The notes beneath the pieces are model-generated. The model made no database searches and was not told where the DNA came from. It was given only the letters and a program-made list of their open reading frames with translations. 64,000 nt of DNA from Macrostomum hystrix (Eukaryota; Animalia; Platyhelminthes), in assembly GCA_950097015.1 (NCBI GenBank), contig CATNEN010000014.1, positions 186,001 to 250,000 of the forward strand. The letters run 5' to 3'. Positions 24,019 through 36,500 of this stretch are shown here, in pieces (the stretch's first letter is position 1; every line of letters starts with the position of its first letter). A program made the translations under genes and the position numbers.

Positions 24019-24599
24019 AGAGAACTTGGACTCAGGCTAGGGACTACTTTCTTTTTGAAGTTTTTGGAATGTAACTTTTTGCCGAAAGTTTCAGAAAAAA
24101 TAAAATACGTTGCTTTTTTGAACTGCTTTCGCTTGCAATTCTCGTTGAAATTAATGGTCTGAACATGGAATGAAATTGTCGATTTTTCTGTCTGATAAGC
24201 AGCTTCTAAATCTTTCCGGTCCGCTATGCAGCTGGGTGGCAAAACTACGAGTCCTCGTAACTTTGGAAGCTGTCCGACAGGAAATAAAAGACACAAATCC
24301 CCTGGCGACTCCAGTTCGGTAAGCAGCTTAGCCGCTGCCTCACATCGAGCCAGATCAACCTCCGGAGAAAACGTTTTCCCCACTGCACTAGAATTTGAAA
24401 AAATCAGTAAGCTGCGCTCTGAACAACGCAGCTGCCATTGCTGCCATCACTCAAATGGTCAATGATGGCATTTGATTGGCTGGCTATAGGGAATAACAGA
24501 CACGCATATAGCGGTTGCTACATGAAATTCAGAGTCATTGAGATAAGATCGAGCTAAAATTTGCTGCAGCTTTACCCTAGAGCTCACAAGACCGAAGTC

Positions 24600-27500
24600 A
24601 TGCACTGGAGTTTTCTCATCTTTGCCTTTGTTTCCGCTGTCCTGACGGATGAACGAAAAGTTGTCCATATTCTCTGCATAGTTTCTGACGCTCCAGAGTT
24701 CAGAATGGACAGAGACTATTTGAATTTCAGCTTTAAGTACGTCAATGTCAACCTCAGCCACTTGTTCCCGACCTTCCAGATGCAGTACCAACTAATCAGC
24801 ACTGATGGTGTAAGTTTGATGACACTTTTTAGCAACATTAGAGGGCAAATAGGATTTTTTTAGCCCCAAACTCATACCAAGCTTGAAATTGTGACAAATT
24901 ATAATATATTTTATAATATAGTATCGCGCCATTATGCAGTATTTTTGTTTTGAATAAGTGTGTCCGCTCCGTTACCGCTTGCTTTTATACTTCTAACTGT
25001 TGACAACTTCTCGGACAAAGTAGAGGCCGCCAATTTTTTTAGGCAAAGCCTCATTTTTGTTAAAATGAAGAGAAAAGCCACTACATTTTTTGTTTTTAAA
25101 CATTTAAAACCCTTTTTTCAGTCGGTGCTTCTCTGTCATCGATTTTTAATCAATATATCATTGATCGTTTTGATACTATGAGTATTTTAGAAGGTTCTTT
25201 TAAACTTACCATTCTGATTCACTTTTTGTCCCTTAAAGAAAACGTGTGTTTTTTTTAAACTTTGGATGCTTCGACTACTTTATTTTTTCATTTGTTCAGA
25301 CTCCAACGTTGCTTTGTGCTTTTACCGTGGCGAGACGAATAAAAAAGTTAGTCTTGTATAGAGTTTGATCGCTTTTGAAAATATTTTCTTGTTTATTCTC
25401 CCATTTAGAGCTCATTCATTTTGGTGCCCAGAACCCTAATTGACCTGCCATGACTCAGATGGACAGAAGAAGCCTGAATCCATATGAACACATCAGAAGT
25501 TGGACAGGAATTTTATTTCATTGGCGCTTGCAACTTGCAGCAAAAGTTGGGCAGCGCGGCCAAGGCCCTCATCGACGGCTACCTGCAGCCGCCAAACAAG
25601 GCGTTGGTGCTGGGCGCGGCCTTCTCCCACCAATCGCAGATCATAGCCGACATAGGCCAATACTACTACCTGCCTCAGGTAAGGCGTCAATAAGGTGCTT
25701 TACTGGCTAGGAGCCTCCTAGAAGCTATAGAAGTGCAGTAAAATGTTATCGCACACATTGTATCGCGCGTCCTTTTGCATAGGCTGTTTGCAGAAGCCAC
25801 TTTGAAGCTCAGAATTTGAAGGGCATGAAGTCTTAGGCTGAGGCTGAGCTACGAGCGCATGTTGCATAGGCTGTTTGCAGAAGCCACTTTGAAGCTCAGA
25901 ATTTGAAGGGCATGAAGTCTTAGGCTGAGGCTGAGCTACGAGCGCATGTTGCATAGACTGTTTGCAGAAGCCACTTTGAAGCTCAGAATTTGAAGGGCAT
26001 GAAGTCTTAGGCTGAGGCTGAGCTACGAGCGCATGTTGCATAGACTGTTTGCAGAAGCCACTTTGAAGCTCAGAATTTGAAGGGCATGTAGTCTTAGGCT
26101 GAGGCTGAGCTACGAGCGCATGTTGCATAGACTGTTTGCAGAAGCCACTTTGAAGCTCAGAATTTGAAGGGCATGAAGTCTTAGGCTGAGGCTGAGCTAC
26201 GAGCGCATGTTGCATAGACTGTTTGCAGAAGCCACTTTGAAGCTCAGAATTTGAAGGGCATGAAGTCTTAGGCTGAGGCTGAGCTACGAGCGCATGTTGC
26301 ATAGGCTGTTTGCAGAAGCCACTTTGAAGCTCAGAATTTGAAGGGCATGAAGTCTTAGGCTGAGGCTGAGCTACGAGCGCATGTTGCATAGACTGTTTGC
26401 AGAAGCCACTTTGAAGCTCAGAATTTGAAGGGCATGAAGTCTTAGGCTGAGGCTGAGCTACGAGCGCATGTTGCATAGGCTGTTTGCAGAAGCCACTTTG
26501 AAGCTCAGAATTTGAAGGGCATGAAGTCTTAGGCTGAGGCTGAGCTACGAGCGCATGTTGCATAGACTGTTTGCAGAAGCCACTTTGAAGCTCAGAATTT
26601 GAAGGGCATGAAGTCTTAGGCTGAGGCTGAGCTACGAGTGCATGTTGCATAGGCTGTTTGCAGAAGCCACTTTGAAGCTCAGAATTTGAAGGGCATGAAG
26701 TCTTAGGCTGAGGCTGAGCTACGAGCGCATGTTGCATAGACTGTTTGCAGAAGCCACTTTGAAGCTCAGAATTTGAAGGGCATGAAGTCTTAGGCTGAGG
26801 CTGAGCTACGAGCGCATGTTGCATAGACTGTTTGCAGAAGCCACTTTGAAGCTCAGAATTTGAAGGGCATGAAGTCTTAGGCTGAGGCTGAGCTACGAGC
26901 GCATGTTGCATAGGCTGTTTGCAGAAGCCACTTTGAAGCTCAGAATTTGAAGGGCATGAAGTCTTAGGCTTGTAATAGCTCAAGAGTCAAGCTGTGTGAG
27001 GTGCGAAGAAAAAGGTGAGCCCTCCAAGTAGGGCGAGACAGTATTTATATATTTGCCTCAACGTGCAACCGATACGATCAACGTGCGCGTGGGGGGCATG
27101 TACATAGTGAGCGAGAGTTAGTGATGCATGTACATATTAGATTGACCGGCAAAGCGATACGTGAGTGCTATTAGACTACGGCATGACAGTCCTCCTCAAG
27201 TGGATGAAAAATTATAGGGAATAAAATGAAAGAAGTAGTAGCAGGCAACAATATAATTGTTTTTAGAACAGTCCTTGTAACTTTAGTCTGTCAATCAAGC
27301 AATTCAGCTTCTGCGCAGGTCGGGTTCTCTGTAGTTCCTCTCTGGGTCCTTCGCCCGCCGGGGGTGGAGCCGGGCTGCGACTGGCTCCGCGAGCTCAGGG
27401 GCGTCGGGAGATTCGAGCGGCTGCTGATCGGACTGCTCAGGCTGCCCGGGCAGCCGCTTGACCTGCGTGGCGTGCCTGCGGCAGACGACGTCGTCGCGCT

Positions 27501-30500
27501 GCATGAGCAGAGAGTCGCCTTGCACCTCGGCCACGGTCCACGGCGCCGACTCGTAGAAGGCGTCGGTCTTTTGCCGGGACTGCTGGCGCCTGAGGACGCG
27601 GTCGCCGGCGCGAATGCCGTGGTCGGCGGCTCTGAAGCGTCGGTCGGCGTGCCGCTTCATAGCCTCCTTGGCCTGTCTGTCGCTGTCGGCAATGGCCGCT
27701 CGAGTCGCGTCGACGGGCTGCGAGTGTCGGAGACTCGGGATCACATCGTTGATCTGCCTGCCAAATAGCAGACTGGCCGGCGCGACGCCCGTGGAGCAGT
27801 GCGGAGTGCGTCTGTACGCTGCCAGGTACTCATCCAGGGCCAGTGTCCAGTCCCTGCCTTCGACGCTCGCTGCGCGGATAGCCTTGTTCAGCCCTTGATT
27901 GCACCGCTCCGTTGCGCCGTTGGCCTGAGGGTAGAGAGGCGTGATCCGATGGTGCCGTGCGCCCTGATCCATCAGGAAGCTGGTGAACTCGGCCGATGCG
28001 AAGGGTGGGCCATTGTCTGTGGTCACCTTTGTCGGCTGCCCGAAGATGCTAAACCACCGGCGTAGCACGTTGATGACGGCGGAGGCGGTGGTGCTGGCCA
28101 TGACCTCCACGAGCGGGAACCTGGAGAAGTGGTCCGTACAGACGAGCAGCGACTTGCCGTTTATCGGTCCGAGGAAGTCGAGCCCCAGCTCGAGCCAGGG
28201 GCCCTCCGGCAGTTCGGTCGGCTTTAGCGGCGTGGCTTTCGGTGAGGTCTCGCTGGTGCAGGTCAGGCAGCTGGTGCAGGCTGCTACGTGCGCCTCCACG
28301 GATGCTCGCATGCCTGGCCACCAGACCTTCGCTTGCAAGCGGTCGAGCGTTTTTTTGACGCCCTGGTGTCCCTGGTGGGCCAGCTGCATGCACCGGTATC
28401 GCAGAGTCGTCGGCATGTACAGCTGACTGCCGCGCAGCAGCAGGCCGTTCAGCTCGGATAGTTCGTGGGATACGCCATGGAGTCCCTGCAGACACGTGTC
28501 ACTCTTGTCCCATTGGTGGCCGCGGATGGCGTGTAGCGCTGCTTGTACCGTGCCGTCTCGTTCGGAGGCCGCCTTGATTGTGCCCAGGCTGATGGACACC
28601 GGAGTGGCAGCTTGGACTGCCGTGGCCACGTAGATCGCGTCCGCCTGCTCGCCGACGTTGTTTGGTGGCATTGGCAGCGGCTGGCGGCTCAGGACGTCAG
28701 ACGGGTTGCCGGCGCCGGGCTGGTACACGACCCGAAAGACAAGGTCTTGCAGTCGCAGCGCCATGCGCTCAATGCGGGGTGGCGGCCGAGACCCCGTGCT
28801 GAACAGGGATATCAGCGGCTTGTGGTCGGTGATGACCTTGAAACTGCCACCCCCGCTGAGGTAGTGGTAGAACTTCAGGCCGCCGTACTTCACCGCGAGG
28901 GCCTCTCGCTCCGTCTGGGAGTAGCGCTGCTCGGTCGGGCTGAGGCTGCGGCTCGCGTATGCCACCGGCCGCGTCGATCCGTCTGGCTGGACTTGGGCAA
29001 GGATGGCGCCGACACCCGTGGGGCTGGCGTCCACGATCAGCTGAGTCTGCAGCTCACTATTGAAGAATGCCAGCGCGTGGCTGCTGGCGATCGTCTGTTT
29101 GATGTCGTTGAATGCGGCCTCTTGCTTTTCGCCCCACGTCCACTCGGCGGCCTGCCTTGTCAGCTCGCGGAGTGGCCGGGCCCTGTCAGACAGGTTGCTG
29201 ATGAAGCGCGCCACGAAGGTGACGAGGCCGAGGAAGGAGCGCACCTCGGTTGCGTTGGTCGGCCGCTTGAAGTTGTTGATGGCCGCTACTTTCTCGGCGC
29301 TTGGGTGAATGCCGCATGCAGAGAGCCGCATGGCGAGAAAGTCGACCTCTGGTCGAGCGAAGCGGCACTTCTTGGGGTTCAATGTGATGTTGCTAGCCTT
29401 CAACCGGGCCAGGCAGTCTCGCAGGCGCTGGTTGTGCTCTTCAATGTTTTTCGCGTACACCAGGATGTCGTCGTGCACCCAGCGGACGCCGGGGAGGCCA
29501 CTCAGGACGGAGGTCATCACCCGCTGGAGGATCTCGGAGGCGGATGTGAAGCCCATGCAGAGCCGGCGCAGCCGCAGGAGCCCGATGGGTGAGGAGAACG
29601 TTAGCAGGTCTCTAGACTCCTCGGCGACTTCAATTTGGTGGAAGGCTTTGGCGACGTCCAGCTCCGAGAAATACGTCGCGCCCGCCATCTCGTCCGTCAC
29701 CTCTTCGAATATGGGTATAGGCTGCTTCTCTGGGATGACGTACTTGTTCACCTCGCGGAGGTCCTGGGTGATGCGAACCTCGCCCTGCTCGGCCTTTGGA
29801 ACTGCGACCATCCTGGAGCACCAGGCTGTTGGACCACGCACTCGTTCGACGATTCCCAGTGCCAGTTGATCTTCCAGCTCGTTGATTACAGCATTCCTTA
29901 GGTGAACGGGCACTCGGGATGGCGGCTGGCAGACTGGAGTGGCATCCGGCCTGAGCCTGATAGTGACGCTGACTCCCTTCACGCATCCGATGCCTTGAAA
30001 GCAGTCGCTGAATTCCGCCAGGATTGTCTGAAGTTGCAGCTGCTTGGGCAGGTGCTGGTCCTCACTGCTGGCCGGCTTAGCTAGGCTGGCCACCACCGCA
30101 GAGTTCGTGCTGACTTCAGGTCCGACTCTCAGCATGCCGAGCTTTGTGCTGGACGATCTTCCGAGAATCGGTGTGCAGTTGCTGCTGATGACGATGAAAT
30201 TGGCCTGCAATTCGCGGTGGTTCGCTCTGACAGTGAGCGTTGTTTGGCCGGCTGTCTTCGGTGGCTCGCTGGCACCAAGCGCAAAGACTGTGGTGCTGGA
30301 CGGCGAAAGCGGCGTGCCGGGCCGGCAGATTCTGTGGAACGTCGCCATGTCCAACACGTTGCAGCTCGCTCCGCTGTCGATCAGTGTGCGGACCGGACTG
30401 CCGTTGATTCTGATGACGAACTTGGCGCTGTCGTCCTTGCCGCTGAGCGTGCAGAACACCTCGTTGGGTGGTTGGTCGGCTGACTGGTCCTGCTCGGGCT

Positions 30501-33500
30501 GCAGTGAGTTAATCTTCGAGCGGCTGCTGAGGCAGGCCTTGGCCAGATGGTTGGCCTTGCCGCAGCTGCTGCATCGCTTGCCTTGCGCCCTGCTGCAGCT
30601 CTTGTGGCCCAGCTCGCCGCACCGGATGCACTTAGCAAATTGCTGCGACTCACGCGAAGGTTCCGGCAGCGGGTGGCGCTGGCGGCGCAGTTGCGCCACT
30701 TCCTCAGAGGCTGCCGCTGTCCTGGTCATGATGGCCGCCTGCTTCTCTGCTGCCTCGTGCGTCCTGGCCAGCTGGAGAGTGTCCGACAGGCTGATGTTGG
30801 GGATATTCAGCAGGCGCTTCCTCAGTGACTCGCTGCGACAGCTGGCCACGATTTGGTCCCTGATGAGCGACTGGCGGAGACCCTCGAACTTGCAGGCTTC
30901 CGAGGCGCTCCACAGTCTGCTGTGCCAAGCGTCTATGGATTCGCCTTCTTCCTGGAGACAGTGGCGAAACTGGTATCGAATGAAGACGACGTTATCGCGG
31001 CCTTGGAAGTGCGTGCTGAACTGTGCGATCAGCTGGTCGACCGTGGGCTCGGCTGCGGGCTCGCCTTCTTGTTGCTGCGACTGGGTGGCGATCTCGTTGT
31101 ACAGGTCGCTCACTTCTTTGCCTGCCGTATACAGAAGGATCTGGCGTTTCTGCGTCTCATCTTTGATGCCGGTTGCCGCCAGGTACCGCAGAAGGTTTGT
31201 CGACCACTCCTGCCAGCGCTTGCTTACAGAGTGAGGGTCGTCTCTGATGCTAAAGTGGGCTGGTGGAGGCAGTTGTAGGAAGGCCATGGTTCGGCCTTGC
31301 GACGCCAATGTAATAGCTCAAGAGTCAAGCTGTGTGAGGTGCGAAGAAAAAGGTGAGCCCTCCAAGTAGGGCGAGACAGTATTTATATATTTGCCTCAAC
31401 GTGCAACCGATACGATCAACGTGCGCGTGGGGGGCATGTACATAGTGAGCGAGAGTTAGTGATGCATGTACATATTAGATTGACCGGCAAAGCGATACGT
31501 GAGTGCTATTAGACTACGGCATGACAAGGCTGAGGCTGAGCTACGAGCGCATGTTGCATAGGCTGTTTGCAGAAGCCACTTTGAAGCTCAGAATTTGAAG
31601 GGCATGAAGTCTTAGGCTGAGGCTGAGCTACGAGCGCATGTTGCATAGACTGTTTGCAGAAGCCACTTTGAAGCTCAGAATTTGAAGGGCATGAAGTCTT
31701 AGGCTGAGGCTGAGCTACGAGCGCATGTTGCATAGGCTGTTTGCAGAAGCCACTTTGAAGCTCAGAATTTGAAGGGCATGAAGTCTTAGGCTGAGGCTGA
31801 GCTACGAGCGCATGTTGCATAGACTGTTTGCAGAAGCCACTTTGAAGCTCAGAATTTGAAGGGCATGAAGTCTTAGGCTGAGGCTGAGCTACGAGCGCAT
31901 GTTGCATAGGCTGCGCACACCTAAACTAATTACTATGGCTTTCTGTTGCCTTTTTAAGTTCTTTGTTCCAAACCGGTCTTAAAGGATCACGTTGAGTCCT
32001 TAAGCTACCAGCAAGCAAAACAGAGGTATATATTAACTTTGCTGAGTAGCACAGTAGCACAGTAGCACAGTGTGACCTTAAAATCGAAATATTCTAAAAG
32101 AGCTCTAGAAAACTCCAAACTCAAGTATATAATTTACCGCCAAAAAGGATACGATAGTGAAGGAGCAACAACCCCTCTAGTCTGTAATGTGATCTAAATT
32201 CAACTTCTCGAGATCTACTTTACCCCCCTCCCAAATCTTTTTTTCTGCTCACTGACTTGATTGTTCAGCGAGTAAACGAGCAGAGCAGATCTGATTCGAG
32301 CAGAAATTCTATGACTGAGAAGTCTCTAATTGCGGAAGCGACCTTTGAGTTATGCACGATTAACTATAAACCTGGGTAACTGACTCTCTGTCCTCAGATC
32401 GGCTTCTCAAACACATCCCCGCTGCTGAGCGACAAGTCCGCTTACCCCTTCTACATTCGCATGCCGGTCACGGGCAGCCTGTTTGTGGAGCCAACTGTGC
32501 GACTGCTCAACAGGTTCGGCTGGCGCAATGTCGGTCTCATCACAATGGACTTTGAGGTTGTGTACCCGGTAAGCAAAGCCTACATTCAATCAGAATTCTG
32601 TCAGTCAAATACCAGAGCACTCTATAAAATTAAGGACTTGATGGCGGAGCAAGTGCCATTGTTGCCAGTTAATTTAGGCAAGACTCAACTTAAGGCATGG
32701 AACTTTGCACTCGTAGTTTCATGTACTTGATTTGTTCGATGTCACATGACTTGTCCTGACAACTAATGGAGAAATAGAATAGCTAATGCATGCAGCAACT
32801 AACCCCTAACCCCTAATCGCTACTTCGACAGGGCATTCTACATGGCTGACTTCAATGTTTTCACAGGACAACATGAAAAATGCATATACTTCTTAGAGAC
32901 AATATTTGGACTAGTTCAGATTAGCATGGGGAATGGGAAGTTAATGAAATAAGGAAAGCCAGCTCTAACTCAAAACACATTGACGAACTGAAGGTGGCTC
33001 TATTGCTGGAGGCAGCTCTGGTGGAGAAGAACATCACCTACCAGAAGATGATCTACAGCGGTGATGTCACGGAAGCCATCCTCAACCTGCTGGTACGGAT
33101 GCAGACATTGATTAAAGCTGAACCATTCAGGACCCATCAGTCATTCAGGCACACCTCACCTTGCAGAAGAGCGATATCCGAATCTTTGTGGTTGTTCGAG
33201 CTGGAAATCAGGAGTATCCCGACAAGCGATTTGAATGCGTAGTAAGATTCTGCTTGGACTTCTGTGCTATAAATCTAATGGGCACTTTTGTCTTTAAAAG
33301 CAACATATTTTTTGTGAAAAACATTTTGACATACCTTGCATTTGTTAATAAGAAACACCAAATAATTTATTGAAACGATTTCGTTTCATTCGCTAAAATA
33401 CCAAGTTTCCTTTCCCAATGTAACCATCCTCTTAACAGCTAAAGCAGCTGGGTGTCTATGGGCCGAAGTATTTCTGGGTTCAGGTAGGCCTGCCATTCAC

Positions 33501-36500
33501 CGCCCAAGCCATGGTGGGGTCCTGCCCGGATTCGGACAGGGCTGAAAGTCTTGAGGGCTCCATCGAATCGGACACAGCAGTTATGGATTCTTCCATAGTG
33601 GAGACTCGCGTTGGTCCCGCTGAAAAGGTGAGCGCTGCAAGCATGCTTGTATATTTTTTTGCAATGTTAGAGTCATTTCGCGCAAAACCAAAGTCATATA
33701 TTTACCCTTGCATGATTAAAGCTAGACGTGCACTTCACCCATTTGTCAGACGCTTCCAGAGCTATTCAGCAAGTTTCTCGTCGAGTTCCCTGAACGTCAT
33801 GCCTATGCAATAATGAAGACTTTGTTCGGCTTCGATCTCCGCTTCGACTCGGTGATTTCGGCGGCCCTGGCGCTGAACAAGACGCTGCAGTCATGGAACT
33901 ACTCAGCCGAGCTGCAGTTTGGAAACTCATCATTCAAAACAGCCCTGCTGCAGAACATCCTGGAGTTGGACTTTGTGGGACTCTCTGTGAGTAGCGGACA
34001 TGGTCATATAGAAGCTTTTGGCTCAGAATTAATTTTGTGCAGAACAAAATTTTTTTTTCAGGGCAGGGTTATATTTGACAAAAATGGAGACCGAACACCC
34101 AAGGTCTTTTTGTACCAGCTGAGAAGTACGCCTCTCAAATATTTTTTGTTTTAGAATTAACTCGAATCTAAAAGCCAAGCAGACCCACCTTGCACTTTGC
34201 CAGACCTGACCAGGCGCCTGGTGGGCACGTTTGATCCCATAACGGGAGCCCTGAACTGGACCGCCGATCTGTGGTTCGCAGGTGAGCACGTTTTATCCTT
34301 CACGGGAGCCCTGAACTGGACCGCTGATCTGTGGTTCGCAGGTGAGCACGTTTGATCCCATCACGGGAGCCCTGAACTGGACCGCCGATCTGTGGTTCGC
34401 AGGTGAGCACGTTTTATCCCATCACGGGAGCCCTGAACTGGACCGCTGATCTGTGGTTCGCAGGTGAGCACGTTTGATCCCATCACGGGAGCCCTGAACT
34501 GGACTGCCGATCTGTGGTTCGCAGGTGAGCACGTTTTATCCCGTCACGGGAGCCCTGAACTGGACCGCTGATCTGTGGTTCGCAGGTGAGCCACTTTGGT
34601 GGCCTCTAGCTTTGCTTTGTTTTGTAGCGATTTTTTGCCCATAGTGGCCATCAAACGTAACTTTTTCATTGAAAAGTGCTGCATTCTCTGGCCTACTGTT
34701 AATAAACAGCTTATGTAACACAATTATTCACAGAAGTGGGCAGAACCAAAGGACTTGCAATTAGGTTAGTTGTGTTACATAGGAACGAATAGGAATAGGA
34801 ACTAGTCGAATAGGAACGCATATTCGAGTTGTTCTGCTGGTAAATTGGTTCAATAAATCATAGCTCTTCTGCTTGTCTTGCTTTGTGATTTTTCCAAAAT
34901 AATCTTGCTTTGCCGCCTGATCATTCGAGCCCGACCGTCTCAGATTCCAATCCGAAGAGTTAGCGGTAACCCCGTGGTAACAACCTGCGGGCTGAGTTTC
35001 GGGTCATAGTTTTATTTGCAGCAAGAAGCAGCCCGTGCTAATGAGCTCAGGCTCAGGTGAAATGCTTGGACCGAATCTGCGATTGGAGAAGGGGATGCGT
35101 TATTAACTCAGCCGATTCCAGCTACTCAGGTCATAATTATTCCCTGCTGATCATTATCATCCCAGTTTTACACTGAGAGCCTATTCAGTGCCTTAGTGAT
35201 TTGAGCTCGTGTTGCTAGGTGAGCGCTCTGGATATGCTCACCCCAGTAAAAACGTCGCGAACGGGTAGAGCCCGTTCACAGAATTGATTCCTAGCCTCGA
35301 AAGTGAACAAGATAACACAACCAAGATCTCTTTATTTTCTGTGCTGAACGCAGTAATGTCCATTGCTTCTAAAATGAAGGGATATAGAAAGCTGGAAAAC
35401 ATGTTCAGCCCATGGAAATCTTAAGATTGCTAAATCAGAAGGATGTTGAAAGGATAGGACACCAGACTGCATTTCTGCTTGAGTGGCAGCCAATGCTTCT
35501 GACTGACACTTAACAAGCTCGCATCCTTATTTGTTGAAGCTCGTGGGCTATGGACAACCGCCAAGGCGCACGCACGGATTAGCCGTGCTAATCTCTCTCT
35601 CTGGCCACAAAGCCCAAATCTATTCAAAATCGCAGATTCTCCAATCCAAAGATCTGCTAATAACGAATAAGTCCCCCTCCAAGCATTTTCATAATGATTG
35701 GTCCAAATCAATTCTGCACGTATTGATCAGATTGCAAGATTTTACCTGTTCTATTTAGCTAGAAAGTCAAAACTACGACAAAACACAAGGCTGGAGTACT
35801 TTCTAGCTATTAACTGACATTTTAATTTTGCGGTTTGAGATGAGTGCAGGCCCCAGTTTTTTACTTAGCTTTTGCTCAACCTGCTCTAGACATGCTTACT
35901 AGACGCGCATTATCCAGTTCTGTTCCAAGGCATGAACCAGTACAATCTAAAAAAATTAAGCTGTAATGAATTGTAATAAATAAAATGAACTGTAATGAAC
36001 CACCGCCGGCCAGGTGGCTCACCGCCAGTCGATGCACCTGATCTAAGAGTTGAGCAGCTGCAGCTGGGCACAGCGGGCATGGTCTCAATAACCACGGCCT
36101 CCTCAGTTGGCATTGCGCTGTCCGTGGCGGCGGTGGCAGTCAATTTTCACTTCAGGGAGCTGCGCCTCATCAAGATGAGCAGTCCTCTGGTGAACAATGT
36201 GATCGGCGCTGGTTGCCTCATGTGCTATGCGTCCTGCATAGTGATGGCCGTGAACTCCTACTGGCCAGTGAGCATTTTCAGGTGCTGGGCCCAGACGGCT
36301 CTGCTGACGCTCGGCTACTCCGCTGCATTCGGCGCCATGCTGGCCAAGACCTGGCGGGTGCACCGGATCTTCACCAACGTCAAGCTGCAAAGAGTGGTGA
36401 GTTACGTACCAAAATGAGCTTGCGTTTTGTTTTTTTGGTGGCACATTATGGTGTTGTTAGTCACGAAATTATTTTATGTCGCATACCTGACAGGCTATTC

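Noticed and set aside
23292-24162. Three overlapping 229-268-aa ORFs
   Set aside because: Artefact of the stop-free 44-bp array cycling through frames.
23985-24383. 132-aa minus-strand ORF between the 44-bp array and the GPCR start
   Set aside because: Non-ATG start, no recognisable motif, and it runs into the array.
25718-26983. 421-aa ORF of 29-aa repeats (PKTSCPSNSELQ...)
   Set aside because: Translation of the 87-bp intronic satellite. The unit is a multiple of 3 and happens to lack stops, and the start is a TTG inside the LTR. No evidence of coding function.
27226-31278. Many plus-strand ORFs up to 396 aa overlapping gag-pol
   Set aside because: Antisense shadows of a GC-rich coding sequence.
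34960-35110. Hammerhead-like CTAATGAG...TGAAA; also CTGATGAG at about 30861, 42133 and 60739
   Set aside because: The core deviates or lacks GAAA and the required stems; the other hits lie within coding sequence or a transposon.
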